From a virus (Duplodnaviria > Caudoviricetes): 64,000 bases of DNA. The translations under genes were made by a program, and so were the position numbers. The stretch is taken from the IMG/VR virus record IMGVR_UViG_2786546475_000043, positions 1,534-65,533 of that record, one strand, 5' to 3'. The notes under the pieces were generated by a model. The model was not told the DNA's origin and did no database searches. It worked only from the letters and a program-made list of their open reading frames with translations. Within the stretch, counting starts at the first letter, position 1; every line of letters starts with the position of its first letter. Shown piece after piece: positions 1-9,949 of the stretch.

Positions 1-35
1 TTGGCCGGAGCCGACCTTGATGCGGGAGACGCGTA

Positions 36-686
36 ATGGCCTACGACCTGATGCACGGTGCGCAGTTCGCCAAGAGCTACGTCAACGAATATCTCAAGTT
101 AGATATCCCCACTCGTCTTGTGTCCTACAGAAACGGTTGGGATTTGAACGACGGCAGTTTGCCGGACATCGAATTATTCCTTGTTCATGAGCCGATCGCC
201 CTCGACCATTGGCCGACCATTATCACGGTCGCCCTTTCGACGGGCAGCTTTGAACAAATCGGAATGGTTTCAGGTCATCCCGAATTCCGAGTTGGCTACT
301 CCATGCGTACCTATGTGTGGGTCAGGACAGAGGGGTCCGAAGAAACCACAATAATGAGGGATCGGCTGACCACCGTTGTCCGGGCCGCTCTCTTGGATCG
401 TCCTTGTCTGAGAGCAACTGATCCTCGTTCTACCTGGCAAGCACAGATCGATCAGGACACCATGCGAGAAGAGTTCTCTGACTTGACGCTACTGAAGGGG
501 GACCGGGTTATGGCTGGTTCGTATATTGCCTACGAGCTGACCATCAACGAAATTGTGGCTCGAGAAAAGCTTGGGATTGTGGACGAAGAGGGTATCTCCA
601 TCGGCGTCAAGAACGTTGGAATCGGAGAGGACATGGTGGTTGCGGCGACTACGTCTTATACCACTACAGGGGGCTATTCGGAATGA
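36..686 (+). CDS. Probable neck / tail-completion (terminator-like) protein
   Basis: 216-aa ORF directly upstream of the sheath/tube block; call is mainly positional. Confidence 0.5.
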   Translation: MAYDLMHGAQFAKSYVNEYLKLDIPTRLVSYRNGWDLNDGSLPDIELFLVHEPIALDHWPTIITVALSTGSFEQIGMVSGHPEFRVGYSMRTYVWVRTEGSEETTIMRDRLTTVVRAALLDRPCLRATDPRSTWQAQIDQDTMREEFSDLTLLKGDRVMAGSYIAYELTINEIVAREKLGIVDEEGISIGVKNVGIGEDMVVAATTSYTTTGGYSE

Positions 687-940
687 GCTGTATCTGTCGT
701 AACTTGCCTCGCGGTACAGCCGATGTATTCTCAACCGGCGCCGAGCATAATGATGGAGTGGTTGTTCTCAATCTTGGAACAGGCCCCATTGAGACTTGCA
801 GCTGTTGTGGACACAGGGTCGATCCGTTGGGGTACATGCTCTGTCAACGAAATAACATGGTGGCAGGTGCGATCGCCGCAGGACATCTTCAGGTTCTAGA
901 CGAGTTCAGCGCGTTCGGTCATATCCATAGTAAAGAATAG
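683..940 (+). CDS. Hypothetical protein, Cys-rich
   Basis: ATGA overlap with the upstream stop; CxC and CSCC motifs. Confidence 0.45.
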   Translation: MSCICRNLPRGTADVFSTGAEHNDGVVVLNLGTGPIETCSCCGHRVDPLGYMLCQRNNMVAGAIAAGHLQVLDEFSAFGHIHSKE

Positions 941-942
941 GG

Positions 943-948
943 TACAAT
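943..948 (+). promoter_or_regulatory. -10 box TACAAT, leaderless start at 955
   Basis: 6 nt to ATG; no SD. Confidence 0.6.
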
Positions 949-954
949 CGAGTT

Positions 955-1338
955 ATGGCAAAAATCCCCTATCAGGTGTTTAGTTCTGCCCAGCGCGAAG
1001 ATGCTATGCGGGCTGCGGGCGAAGGCTATGTCGTCGTCTACAACCAGGGTATGGCTATTCGTGAACTTGATAAAGAGGGTCATTCGGTTCCCATCGGACA
1101 CTTCGGGGTCCTACCGGAAGGGAACGAGATTCTCGACAGACTTATTGAAGGGGGATTTCTCAGCCTAGTTTCCGGGAGTTCCGAACCCCCCAAGAAAAAG
1201 GTTGCTCCTAAAAAAAAGGTCGAGAAAGAACAACCTCCAGCCAGTTCGGAAGAGAAAAGCGGATTTAAGGAAAACGCCAGAGACGGCGACGGTGACGGCA
1301 TGGTCCAAGACGGTACGGAATGGGAGCGTCCAGCTTGA
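955..1338 (+). CDS. Hypothetical protein with a C-terminal DGDGDG motif
   Basis: 127 aa, Lys-rich linker, ends RDGDGDGMVQDGTEWERPA; -10 box 6 nt before the ATG. Confidence 0.7.
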   Translation: MAKIPYQVFSSAQREDAMRAAGEGYVVVYNQGMAIRELDKEGHSVPIGHFGVLPEGNEILDRLIEGGFLSLVSGSSEPPKKKVAPKKKVEKEQPPASSEEKSGFKENARDGDGDGMVQDGTEWERPA

Positions 1339-1414
1339 ATTCATCTCCGGCTCAGGCCTTACATCTGATAACCTATAATCAGCAGTTGCACGGATACGCT
1401 CAAGCGTTCTGCTG

Positions 1415-1420
1415 TACAAT
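1415..1420 (+). promoter_or_regulatory. -10 box TACAAT upstream of the sheath gene
   Basis: Intergenic; SD GGAAGG lies downstream. Confidence 0.45.
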
Positions 1421-1460
1421 GAACAGGACACAAAGCTCCTAAAAGGAACGGGAAGGTGTT

Positions 1461-2951
1461 ATGCCTGGTGTAGTAATAACAACAGCGGTCAGGACCGGAC
1501 CATCGGCAGACACGGTTGCCCCCTCCTCGCAGGCATTCTTCTGTGGGATGGCTCAGCGTGGTCCAATCCATCTGGCTAGGAAAATCAACAGCATTGCCGA
1601 GTTCGAGGCGACCTATGGTGTTTACCAGTCGTACTCCTACCTCCACCCCACGGTGGAAACCTTCTTTGAAGAGGGTGGCACCCAGTGCTACATCTCTCGC
1701 GTAGCGGGTCCTGCTGCGACTTCTGGCGCTCACAAGTTCCTTGACGCTACACCTGCCGACTCCTTCACGCTGACGGCTTCCGGTCCTGGTGACTGGTCAG
1801 CTCTTCTCGAGTGCAGGGTCGAAGCTGGCTCTATCGCTAGCAGCGTTAACGTCACAATTTCTCACGCCAACGTCGATGTCTTCACTACCGGAAACTGCAC
1901 AACCGTCGACCAGATTGTTGGTCGGATCAACGGCAGTTCCATTGCCGCCTCTTACGCGACCGCAACGGGCCTAGGAACAGGCCTCCCGGCTGTCATCGCC
2001 GCACAGGCGCTGACCTATTCGGATCAGCCCGCCAGCGGCACCACGGCTTCTACGGATGACCGTTCAAACATCACAACCGCCCACTACACGGGCGGGCTAC
2101 TACTCTTCAACCATGCCTACGGCACTGGCGCTGTGTGCAACCCCGAGTCGGCCGCTGCTGCGGTTTACCAGGGTCTCATCGCCCACGCCAACAGCTACAA
2201 CCGGATTGCCTTTCTGCATCCGGCCGCTTCGCAGACTGCTGCGCAGGCGGAGGCGTTCACGGAGGGCATCACGGCTGCCGAGACCAATACCGAACATGCG
2301 GCTTGCTATTTCCCATGGATCAACGTTCCCACCGCAACTGCTGGTGTGACTCGTTTGATTCCTCCGGATGGATTTGCTGCCGCTACTCGGGCCAGGGGTC
2401 ACAACCAGGTCGGACCACAGCAGCCAGGTGCGGGCCTCATCTCGAATGCCCGTTGGGTTGTTAGCACCGAAATCGAAATCGACAAGACCGTCGGTGACGC
2501 CCTCGATGTTGCTCTGTGCAACGCGATCCGGCTTATCAACGGCACGCTCCGTGTCTACGGTGCACGCTCCCTGTCTGGTGATGATGTGAACTTCCGTTAC
2601 ATCACTGGCCAGGACACGGTGAACTCCGTGGTGACTAAGGCGAATAACGCGCTAGAGGACCTGATCTTCAATGTGATCGACGGCCGAGGCTCGATCTTCT
2701 CCGATGTCGAGGCAAAGCTCAAGGCCATTCTCGAACCGCTACGGAACTCCGGAGCCCTCTATGAGGCCTTCGATGCAAACGGCAAGCGGATCGACGCTGG
2801 TTACACCATTGTTTGCAATTCGTCGAACAACCCAGTTACGCAGCTGGCTACTGGTCTTGTCAAAGCTTCGGTCGGTATGCGCGTGTCAAGCGTTGGCGAC
2901 AAGATCGAAGTCGACATCATTAAGTCAAACTTGACTAACTCAGTGGTATAG
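1461..2951 (+). CDS. Contractile tail sheath protein
   Basis: MPGVVITT start, FFCGMAQRGP, YLHPTVETFFEEGG..CYISRV, CYFPWI, PPDG, RVYGARSL; typical sheath layout. Confidence 0.93.
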   Translation: MPGVVITTAVRTGPSADTVAPSSQAFFCGMAQRGPIHLARKINSIAEFEATYGVYQSYSYLHPTVETFFEEGGTQCYISRVAGPAATSGAHKFLDATPADSFTLTASGPGDWSALLECRVEAGSIASSVNVTISHANVDVFTTGNCTTVDQIVGRINGSSIAASYATATGLGTGLPAVIAAQALTYSDQPASGTTASTDDRSNITTAHYTGGLLLFNHAYGTGAVCNPESAAAAVYQGLIAHANSYNRIAFLHPAASQTAAQAEAFTEGITAAETNTEHAACYFPWINVPTATAGVTRLIPPDGFAAATRARGHNQVGPQQPGAGLISNARWVVSTEIEIDKTVGDALDVALCNAIRLINGTLRVYGARSLSGDDVNFRYITGQDTVNSVVTKANNALEDLIFNVIDGRGSIFSDVEAKLKAILEPLRNSGALYEAFDANGKRIDAGYTIVCNSSNNPVTQLATGLVKASVGMRVSSVGDKIEVDIIKSNLTNSVV

Positions 2952-2964
2952 GAGGGGCTAACTA

Positions 2965-3435
2965 ATGGCCAAGATTTCACAGCGCCAAGTACTGGCAGAC
3001 ATTGAACCTGACGAAGCGCTCTCGCCGAACGCACCGAAATGGTCTGGATTCAGGTTCGCTCAGATCTCCGGTGGTGAAATTACCGCTGCCGTAGAGAAGA
3101 TTTACCAGGGTGGCGACCTACATCCCCAGGTTTTGTGCGCTCCATTCGAAATCGGTGATATCACCCTTACCGCCCATTACGACGATGACCGTACCCCGAA
3201 CTCCGATACCGAAGCGGGTATCGCTTTGAAGATCAAGGCATTGCGAGACAAAGTTGGCCAGGCCTTCTATACCTTGCACGTTAAGACTTACGACTGCGAT
3301 ATCGAGAACAAAAAGCTCGACAGGACCTACAGTCATGCACTTCTCGTCGGTTTGACCGAGGCTGAAGGTGACGCTTCCTCTGGAGCTCCGGCAACCTTCG
3401 CACTCACGTTTGCTATCCAGGGCGTCGACGCTTAG
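2965..3435 (+). CDS. Tail tube protein
   Basis: 156 aa directly after the sheath; FAQISGGEITA and GDITLT..Y tube-like motifs. Confidence 0.85.
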   Translation: MAKISQRQVLADIEPDEALSPNAPKWSGFRFAQISGGEITAAVEKIYQGGDLHPQVLCAPFEIGDITLTAHYDDDRTPNSDTEAGIALKIKALRDKVGQAFYTLHVKTYDCDIENKKLDRTYSHALLVGLTEAEGDASSGAPATFALTFAIQGVDA

Positions 3436-3475
3436 TCCAATAGCGTCCCCAGTTCCCTACACGGCGTGGTCGCTG

Positions 3476-3484
3476 TGCTAGCCT
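3476..3484 (+). promoter_or_regulatory. Extended -10 TGC-TAGCCT, leaderless start at 3492
   Basis: 7 nt to ATG; no SD. Confidence 0.55.
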
Positions 3485-3491
3485 GCGCCTT

Positions 3492-4049
3492 ATGAGCGAC
3501 TCATTGTACGAAACACCCAATGAGGGCGAAGCGGCTGAGAAACCCACCTCAAAGAAGGTCACAAAGGATCTCGCTGCTGCCTCTGCCCCCAAAGAGGAAA
3601 ATCTTCTCGAGAGGCTGAGAGCTACAATTTCAGCCAAAGTCGAGCGGGAAGTCGTATTGCTTGAGGTTCCCGATCGCAAGGATGTGCTCTTGCGCATCAG
3701 CCCCAACATTACCCAGGCTCAAATGAAGGCTTGGCGTAAAAATGCTGGTGAAGAGACCAAAAATGGCCTCGACCCTACGAAATTCGCCTGTCAGGTAATC
3801 GGACAATCCTGTGTCGGTATTGAAATAGACGGACAGGAAGTATTCGATGAAATGGGTAACTCCCTGAACTTTGCGGCAGACGAGGTTCTGGAAATGACCG
3901 GCACGACGCGGCCGGTGCCAGATGCGGTACGGGCCTTCTTCGGCACCGACCCACATATTGAGGGAGCAGCTTTAGCGATTCTCGAATCCGCTGGTTACGG
4001 TGACACCGTTGATGTGGTGGACCCTACGAGCCTGTCTTCGATGAGTTAA
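3492..4049 (+). CDS. Tail assembly chaperone (gpG-like)
   Basis: Lies between tube and tape measure genes; ends VVDPTSLSSMS. Confidence 0.8.
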   Translation: MSDSLYETPNEGEAAEKPTSKKVTKDLAAASAPKEENLLERLRATISAKVEREVVLLEVPDRKDVLLRISPNITQAQMKAWRKNAGEETKNGLDPTKFACQVIGQSCVGIEIDGQEVFDEMGNSLNFAADEVLEMTGTTRPVPDAVRAFFGTDPHIEGAALAILESAGYGDTVDVVDPTSLSSMS

Positions 4050-4225
4050 TTAAGGACCCGCACATAGTCAACGCTGCAAGACTATCTGAGGTCTTCCACG
4101 CTAGTCCCTTACAACTACTAGATTGTACGGACACTGAATGGTTCATTCTGATGGCCTGTGCTAAAGTTATAGAGAACGATCGTGAAGCAGCGGAGCGTGA
4201 AAGGCGGTTGAATTCCCCCAATTAG
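4013..4225 (+). CDS. -1 frame extension of the tail chaperone (gpGT-like); missing from the ORF track
   Basis: Open frame after TGA at 4010-4012 reads ..PYEPVFDELIKDPHIVNAARLSEVFHASPLQLLDCTDTEWFILMACAKVIENDREAAERERRLNSPN*; no ATG/GTG/TTG in its 5' half; overlaps the chaperone 3' end. Confidence 0.7.
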   Translation, partial: CGGPYEPVFDELIKDPHIVNAARLSEVFHASPLQLLDCTDTEWFILMACAKVIENDREAAERERRLNSPN

Positions 4226-4257
4226 CGCACGTCCGGCCAGGGCAGGAGTGACCATCT

Positions 4258-7200
4258 ATGGCTGATACGTCACTCATTATTAGAGCCAAGCTAAAGGGGG
4301 AAGACGAGCTTCGAAAAGCCCGTCGTCGCCTTCTTCAAATTGGAGCCGCTGCAAAATCCGCTGAGAAGAATATCGGCCTTGTTGCCAAGAGCTACAACAG
4401 GAGTCTTCTCGATTCGATCAACCGAACTGATGGTCGTTGGAAGAAACACTTTGACGATCTAGACGGGATCATCAAGAAGTTCGGCTCGCTGACAATGGGT
4501 GGCCTGAAATTGGCCATCAAAGCAGCCGGTGCCGAAATGGTCCTGATGTCCCTCTCCATGGTCGCACTCCATGGACTATTCGTGGCCGGTCAGGGATTAA
4601 TGAAGGCCTACACCGGCGCGCTCAATATGATCGCCGGTGCCGCTTCCGCCGCTGGCGTGGCCCTTGCGGCCGTTGCTGCCGCAATGCGGGAACAGCAGGC
4701 AGCCATGTTCGCCTTTAGGGGCAACGCTATGGGCATGGATCGGTTTGGCACGAGCATGAACAAGGTCCGTGTCGTAATGCGCGGTCTCCACACCGATTCG
4801 AACCTTGCTGCTGTTGGCATTGAGAACCTCAACGCTGCGTACAGCGCGGTATCCCAGAACTCCACATTCACTCGTGGTTCTCAGACAATGTTGAAGAGTC
4901 TGATGGACTTCGCCTCTGCGGGACAAGATGTCAAGAAGGGCGTGTCCTCTGCCGGGAGCCTCATCGGCACAATCCAGGATCCCAAGAAGTCCTGGGGCGA
5001 TATTCGAGCCGCTGCGGAAGCAATGGGTCCGCAGATGAAGAAGGCCATGCAAGAGGCCATGAAGGCGGGGATCGACACACGCGCCGAATTGGTTGCGGCG
5101 ATCAACAGCGGCGAGCTAGCCGTGTTGGGCGGTGTCCAGGGCCAATGGGAGGCCATGTCCGGCACGTTGGTAAACATCGGCAAGGCCGCCTTCACCACAA
5201 TTCGAAACGATTTTGCCGATCTGGGCCAAACGTTCCTAAAGCCAATCAAGGAAGCACTGGACGAGTCGGTTAAGCGCTTCCGTGAGGGCATGACACGAGT
5301 ATGGGGGCCACTTGTCCGATTCGGAGAGGGGCCCTTCATCGCATCTATTACCGGCATGACCGAAAAGCTCACGGATGCCTTCGTCAACCTCGTCAGGAGG
5401 GGCCCAGAGGTCGAAGGCATCATGGGTCGTATTTCTGACCGATGGAAGGGTTTTGTCGACGGCTGGAACGTGGTTCTGGACAAGCTGCGTCCCCTCATCG
5501 ACGGTGCCCGAATTCTCGAAACGATGTTTGGGAACATCTTTGGTGAAATCGGTAGGTACATAGCGGATTCTTTCGGCACCTTCAACCAGATGATGCAAGA
5601 CAACCAGGAAGAGGTGGAGAAGTTCGGCACCCGTTTAGGTGAGCTCTTCGCCTCTTTCGGGCGATTCCAGAATCAACTCAAAGAACTATTCATTGAGGCT
5701 CTTCCCTTCGTAAACAAGCTCCTTACCGGTGTGCGCCAGATTGTGGACATGTTGACCAGTGTCATGCGGTTCATGGGCGGGATAATGGGTGGTCTTGGTG
5801 ACGGAGCGGGAGCCATGATGCTCTTGACCGGATCCATGCTCATCCTCTCGAAGCTGAGGGCATGGGCTGGTGGATTTCTCTTTCAGAAGTCGACAGGCAC
5901 CATGAATGTAAACGCCGGTTCGGTAGTTGTCACAGGGGCTACTGCAGGTGGACAAATGAACCCCGGCCCTGGCGCCGGAGGCGGCGGAGTCGGTCCTGGA
6001 GGCACACTCGTCAATAGTCGCGGTCAGCCCATTTCCAGTTCCGGCATGCGCTCGTCGAGCGCGGTGAACACCGCTGCCGCTTCTACGACCAGATCTAACA
6101 ATCTGTTTCGTCGAAGCCAAGCCCGGGCTAACGCTCGGATGTCTGCAGGCGGGTACTCGGGATGGATGAGAGGGGACAACGCCTACTTCAACAGGGGAAC
6201 GGATGCGCCCAGCCTCATGCAGGGCGGCCCAGGTGCCAGGATCCGGGCAATGAGGGAACGCACCGGCAATATGCGTAGACGCTTCAACTCGAGTATGGGC
6301 GCCAGGATGGGTATAGGTATGGGTCTCAGCATGCTGAGCTCCCATGCCCCTCAGGAAATTCAGGGTGCCCTCAGCATGGGTGGTATGGCAGCCATGATTA
6401 ACCCACTGGTTGGTCTTGGTATCGCCGGACTCGGCACTGCCATGAAGTCCGAGAACGCCGGGATTGCCGCTCTGGGTGGCGCAGGCGGTGGAGCCGCCCT
6501 CGGATTCCAAACAGCTGGCGTACCCGGAGCCGTAGCTGGTGCAGTTTTGGGCGGTTTCTACGGGCTCCTCAGCGCCGGTGTTCGGAAAGCAGCCCGAGAG
6601 AGGAAGTACGCAAGACAGGCTGGCTCTGCAGCGGCATCAGCGATCATGGACACCATGTTCGGGAATCTCAGCAACCAGGCCTCCACTTTTGGTGGAGGTG
6701 TTACCGCCCTGCCAGAGAACCTCCGAAGAGCAGCCAACATCCAGGGAAATAAAGACTTGGCGAACGAAGCGGCCCGTCTGTGGGGTCTGGACACGTCCAT
6801 ATCTCGACCGCAGACAGAGAAGACCAAGAGGGGACGGGCCAACAAGGCAGCACAAGGAGCCTTCATAGAAAACCTGCTTGCGACCGGTGGCAAGGATCAG
6901 GGTGGGTTTGACCTAGAACAAGTCCTAAAGGAGGGAAAGTATGGGGCTTTCCTAGCCAGCTATGGCAACCAACTCGGTGATGAGATGCGAGCTATGGAGT
7001 TCACCATCGACACCGGGGAAAGACGCCTGGGGCGTTTGGCCACCAACATGGGCATGACCAATATCGAAATCATGAACATGGCGGAAGCCACGGGAACCAA
7101 CCTCTACGACGCCACCAAGTCTTATGGAGAACTAGCTGAAAGCATCGCCAAAGGCCTGATGCACACGGTTAATGACCTACAGAACGCAGCTGGCGATCGT

Positions 7201-8265
7201 TTCGGTACGCGAGGCAATCTATTCGAAACTGAAATAGATCGACTAGATGCTCCGCACATCATGGACGAGATCCAGACGAATCTGCTGACGATGCTTGCAG
7301 ATGGAGATTGGGACGAAGCAACTGCCCTACAGGAAATGGACAGACTGCAACGTGCCTACATCTCCTTTGCTGGCGGAGACGAGATGCTCGCCGAACGAAT
7401 GATGGCTGCGTCCCTGGGAGGGGAGGGCACCGCCTGGCGAGCAGGCGGGGAAATGGGGCCCGAAATGCTTGCGATGCTGCAGCAGAGCGGCGCATTCAAC
7501 ACCTGGCAGGCCGGTATCACTTCTTCTCCCATGACCCAGAACAAGGACATGCGCGAAGCCCTAATGGGCAATCTGATGACTGCCGGATTCGGAGCAACCG
7601 AGGGCGGCGAGAGCATGTCCATGCAGTTGATGCGGATGCTCGGTCCTGGTGCGTCATTCGAAGATTTGATGAAGGTCCGCTCATCAGGCCTGCTGGAGCA
7701 GTCCACTTACTTTGATGCGGAAACCGGGGATCGCAAAACCGCAGACCAAATAGCACAGTTGTTTTCAAATGCAGGTCTTGCGGACTTACTCGTCATGCAA
7801 ACATCGGATACCACGCCAGCAGAAGCCATAAAGGACTCTTCCGTCACATTCAAAGAAGCTGTGGAGAAATTTGCAGGCAAAATCGACGAGATACTTCAGC
7901 AAACTGACACCTCTACTCCTCGACGCAAAATGGTCGGCATGCGAGGACTGCTTGCTAAACGGTCTTCCATGTTCATGCCGGGAAGCAGTGATTCGGATCA
8001 TCTAGCTGGAGCCGCAACCGACTTTTACGGTTCAGGACTGGGTGCGGTTGAGAGTGTAGTTCAAGCAGCGGGTGGATTTGCCGAAAGGCACGGGCGTGGT
8101 CCTTCCCGGCATCTACATGCCGTAGAGGGCGGAGGAGGCGAAGGATCGACTAGCAACTACACGATCAACGTAACCGGTGGAGCTTCGGCTTCCCCTGCAG
8201 AGATAGCTGACGAAGTGATGTACCGAATTCAACGTCAGCAAACAAACATCATGCAAAGGACCTAG
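4258..8265 (+). CDS. Tape measure protein with a putative C-terminal M15-like peptidase motif
   Basis: 1335 aa, Ala/Gly/Met-rich and helical, canonical position; SDHLAGAATD...RHLH near the C-terminus. Confidence 0.9.
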   Translation: MADTSLIIRAKLKGEDELRKARRRLLQIGAAAKSAEKNIGLVAKSYNRSLLDSINRTDGRWKKHFDDLDGIIKKFGSLTMGGLKLAIKAAGAEMVLMSLSMVALHGLFVAGQGLMKAYTGALNMIAGAASAAGVALAAVAAAMREQQAAMFAFRGNAMGMDRFGTSMNKVRVVMRGLHTDSNLAAVGIENLNAAYSAVSQNSTFTRGSQTMLKSLMDFASAGQDVKKGVSSAGSLIGTIQDPKKSWGDIRAAAEAMGPQMKKAMQEAMKAGIDTRAELVAAINSGELAVLGGVQGQWEAMSGTLVNIGKAAFTTIRNDFADLGQTFLKPIKEALDESVKRFREGMTRVWGPLVRFGEGPFIASITGMTEKLTDAFVNLVRRGPEVEGIMGRISDRWKGFVDGWNVVLDKLRPLIDGARILETMFGNIFGEIGRYIADSFGTFNQMMQDNQEEVEKFGTRLGELFASFGRFQNQLKELFIEALPFVNKLLTGVRQIVDMLTSVMRFMGGIMGGLGDGAGAMMLLTGSMLILSKLRAWAGGFLFQKSTGTMNVNAGSVVVTGATAGGQMNPGPGAGGGGVGPGGTLVNSRGQPISSSGMRSSSAVNTAAASTTRSNNLFRRSQARANARMSAGGYSGWMRGDNAYFNRGTDAPSLMQGGPGARIRAMRERTGNMRRRFNSSMGARMGIGMGLSMLSSHAPQEIQGALSMGGMAAMINPLVGLGIAGLGTAMKSENAGIAALGGAGGGAALGFQTAGVPGAVAGAVLGGFYGLLSAGVRKAARERKYARQAGSAAASAIMDTMFGNLSNQASTFGGGVTALPENLRRAANIQGNKDLANEAARLWGLDTSISRPQTEKTKRGRANKAAQGAFIENLLATGGKDQGGFDLEQVLKEGKYGAFLASYGNQLGDEMRAMEFTIDTGERRLGRLATNMGMTNIEIMNMAEATGTNLYDATKSYGELAESIAKGLMHTVNDLQNAAGDRFGTRGNLFETEIDRLDAPHIMDEIQTNLLTMLADGDWDEATALQEMDRLQRAYISFAGGDEMLAERMMAASLGGEGTAWRAGGEMGPEMLAMLQQSGAFNTWQAGITSSPMTQNKDMREALMGNLMTAGFGATEGGESMSMQLMRMLGPGASFEDLMKVRSSGLLEQSTYFDAETGDRKTADQIAQLFSNAGLADLLVMQTSDTTPAEAIKDSSVTFKEAVEKFAGKIDEILQQTDTSTPRRKMVGMRGLLAKRSSMFMPGSSDSDHLAGAATDFYGSGLGAVESVVQAAGGFAERHGRGPSRHLHAVEGGGGEGSTSNYTINVTGGASASPAEIADEVMYRIQRQQTNIMQRT

Positions 8266-8267
8266 TC

Positions 8268-9947
8268 GTGGCCAACACAAAGACAGGCGTTGAGTGGCCG
8301 GACGCTGCCAAAGGTTGCGCGGTGTGGGCACAACGGAACATGGCCTCTCACTCTCGTGCTCTGAACGGCACCCAGGAAGGAAGAGTCGGAATTCCAGCAC
8401 AATTCAACCCCGGCGATATAGATAGAACTTACAGAATTGTCAAGTTTTGGGGCATAAGTAAACAAACGGTTACGACGGGGAATTATCGATCGGGGAACAC
8501 CACAACATCGCGAGTTTGGAAAAAATTCCCTTTGTGGATCCAGGCCAAAGGCGACGGCTCCGGCTATCCGTATGTGTATGACGACGATACAAACTTTTAC
8601 TACTTCCAGCTGGGGGCGCATAGGGTTTACGCATGGAGGCCTCAGCTGTATGTCAGCTACAAAGTCAAGACTGAATCCCAGGTACAAACCTTCAACGCTG
8701 GAAGATCTCGCTCAGGGCACACAGGCCCAATGGGAGGGGGTGAAGCGCCACAGGGGGGCTTCGATCCCGGTTACAGCCTAAGTGACTCTGAACGAGATCG
8801 TGAAGCGGGTTGGATCCGGCCAATGAGCGCAGATCTCTTCACTGGAGGCAGTTCCGCTCAGGAAGCCCGGTTGGCATTCGCATCCAGAAGGGATGATATG
8901 AGGCGGTGGCAGTCTGAATACAGCCAACAGCGAGAAGATATGGACAAGATCGCTAACGCTGTTCGGTATGCGCACGCAAACGTACCTCCGGGTCTTTTTG
9001 TCATGATGGAGGGCGATATTGATGCTGAAATAGAAGAGGCACTTATCCAGGCTGGGTATAACTCCGCCCAGATCGACTGGTACACCAGTGGGGGGCTAAC
9101 AAACCCATCGCTCATCAGCGTAAATAATCCCGTATGGAGCGGCCTTCAGGCGGGCGCGAGTGCACCTGCGGATGCAGCCAAGGACTCACATATCCTGCCA
9201 CCGACTCCATCTGTTACGAGACTTGTGGTTAGGGCTCCAATTGGCTATGCACAACCAGCGATGAATCCCCATACATCTGGAAGACCTGAGATAGTTCAGA
9301 CTTACAAGAAAATGACTGGCGGTAGTGGCCCCGGGGGACCAGCAGGCGGGTATCGCAGCTTAGAAACCTTCACCGATCGGTTCTTCTTCCCGATGATCCC
9401 CAACACCGTTAGTTATTCGGGTTTGGGTTCCAGGTGGGTCGAAATTCCACGCAAGGGTGACTTTCCGGTTGTTGAGTGGTCCGACTGGGCCCTCATGAAG
9501 GTTCAATTCGAATTTCTGGTTGCTCACGAACATGACGGTCTATTTGCTGATGTCAAGAACCAGTTAAATCTGTTGAGACGAATGTCACAGCGCCCGAATC
9601 CGGTAGTGGTATTTGGGATGGACGAGCTTTTTGATTTGCAGATGAAACGAGCGCAACGTACAGGCAAGGCTCTTCAATTTGTTATCGCGGATTTCACGAT
9701 TCAATCACAACGCCGAACCGTCGTAGTGGGCAACAAGGAGATTACGGCAGCACAGTGCAGTATGACCCTGCAGGAAATGCCAATCGAGCAGATGAGTCTG
9801 ATTTCAATGAGTGTTCCACCGCTATCTGAGAGTTCTGTACCCCAAACCGGTGATACGGATCCCGACGATATTCATCACCTCTCCCTTAATCGCGAAACCA
9901 ACCAGTTCCAGGCGATTGCGGAACGATACGCAATTACAGAAGGCTAG
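8268..9947 (+). CDS. Baseplate / tail-tube initiator-like protein with a long N-terminal extension
   Basis: Follows the TMP; C-terminal FFFPMIPNTVSYSG..KVQFEFLV segment resembles tube-initiator proteins. Confidence 0.55.
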   Translation: MANTKTGVEWPDAAKGCAVWAQRNMASHSRALNGTQEGRVGIPAQFNPGDIDRTYRIVKFWGISKQTVTTGNYRSGNTTTSRVWKKFPLWIQAKGDGSGYPYVYDDDTNFYYFQLGAHRVYAWRPQLYVSYKVKTESQVQTFNAGRSRSGHTGPMGGGEAPQGGFDPGYSLSDSERDREAGWIRPMSADLFTGGSSAQEARLAFASRRDDMRRWQSEYSQQREDMDKIANAVRYAHANVPPGLFVMMEGDIDAEIEEALIQAGYNSAQIDWYTSGGLTNPSLISVNNPVWSGLQAGASAPADAAKDSHILPPTPSVTRLVVRAPIGYAQPAMNPHTSGRPEIVQTYKKMTGGSGPGGPAGGYRSLETFTDRFFFPMIPNTVSYSGLGSRWVEIPRKGDFPVVEWSDWALMKVQFEFLVAHEHDGLFADVKNQLNLLRRMSQRPNPVVVFGMDELFDLQMKRAQRTGKALQFVIADFTIQSQRRTVVVGNKEITAAQCSMTLQEMPIEQMSLISMSVPPLSESSVPQTGDTDPDDIHHLSLNRETNQFQAIAERYAITEG

Positions 9948-9949
9948 TC

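Noticed and set aside
4597-6893. Long alternative-frame ORFs inside the TMP (e.g. 4881-5630, 5686-6510)
   Set aside because: No recognisable motifs or SD; these are expected antisense ORFs in a GC-rich gene.
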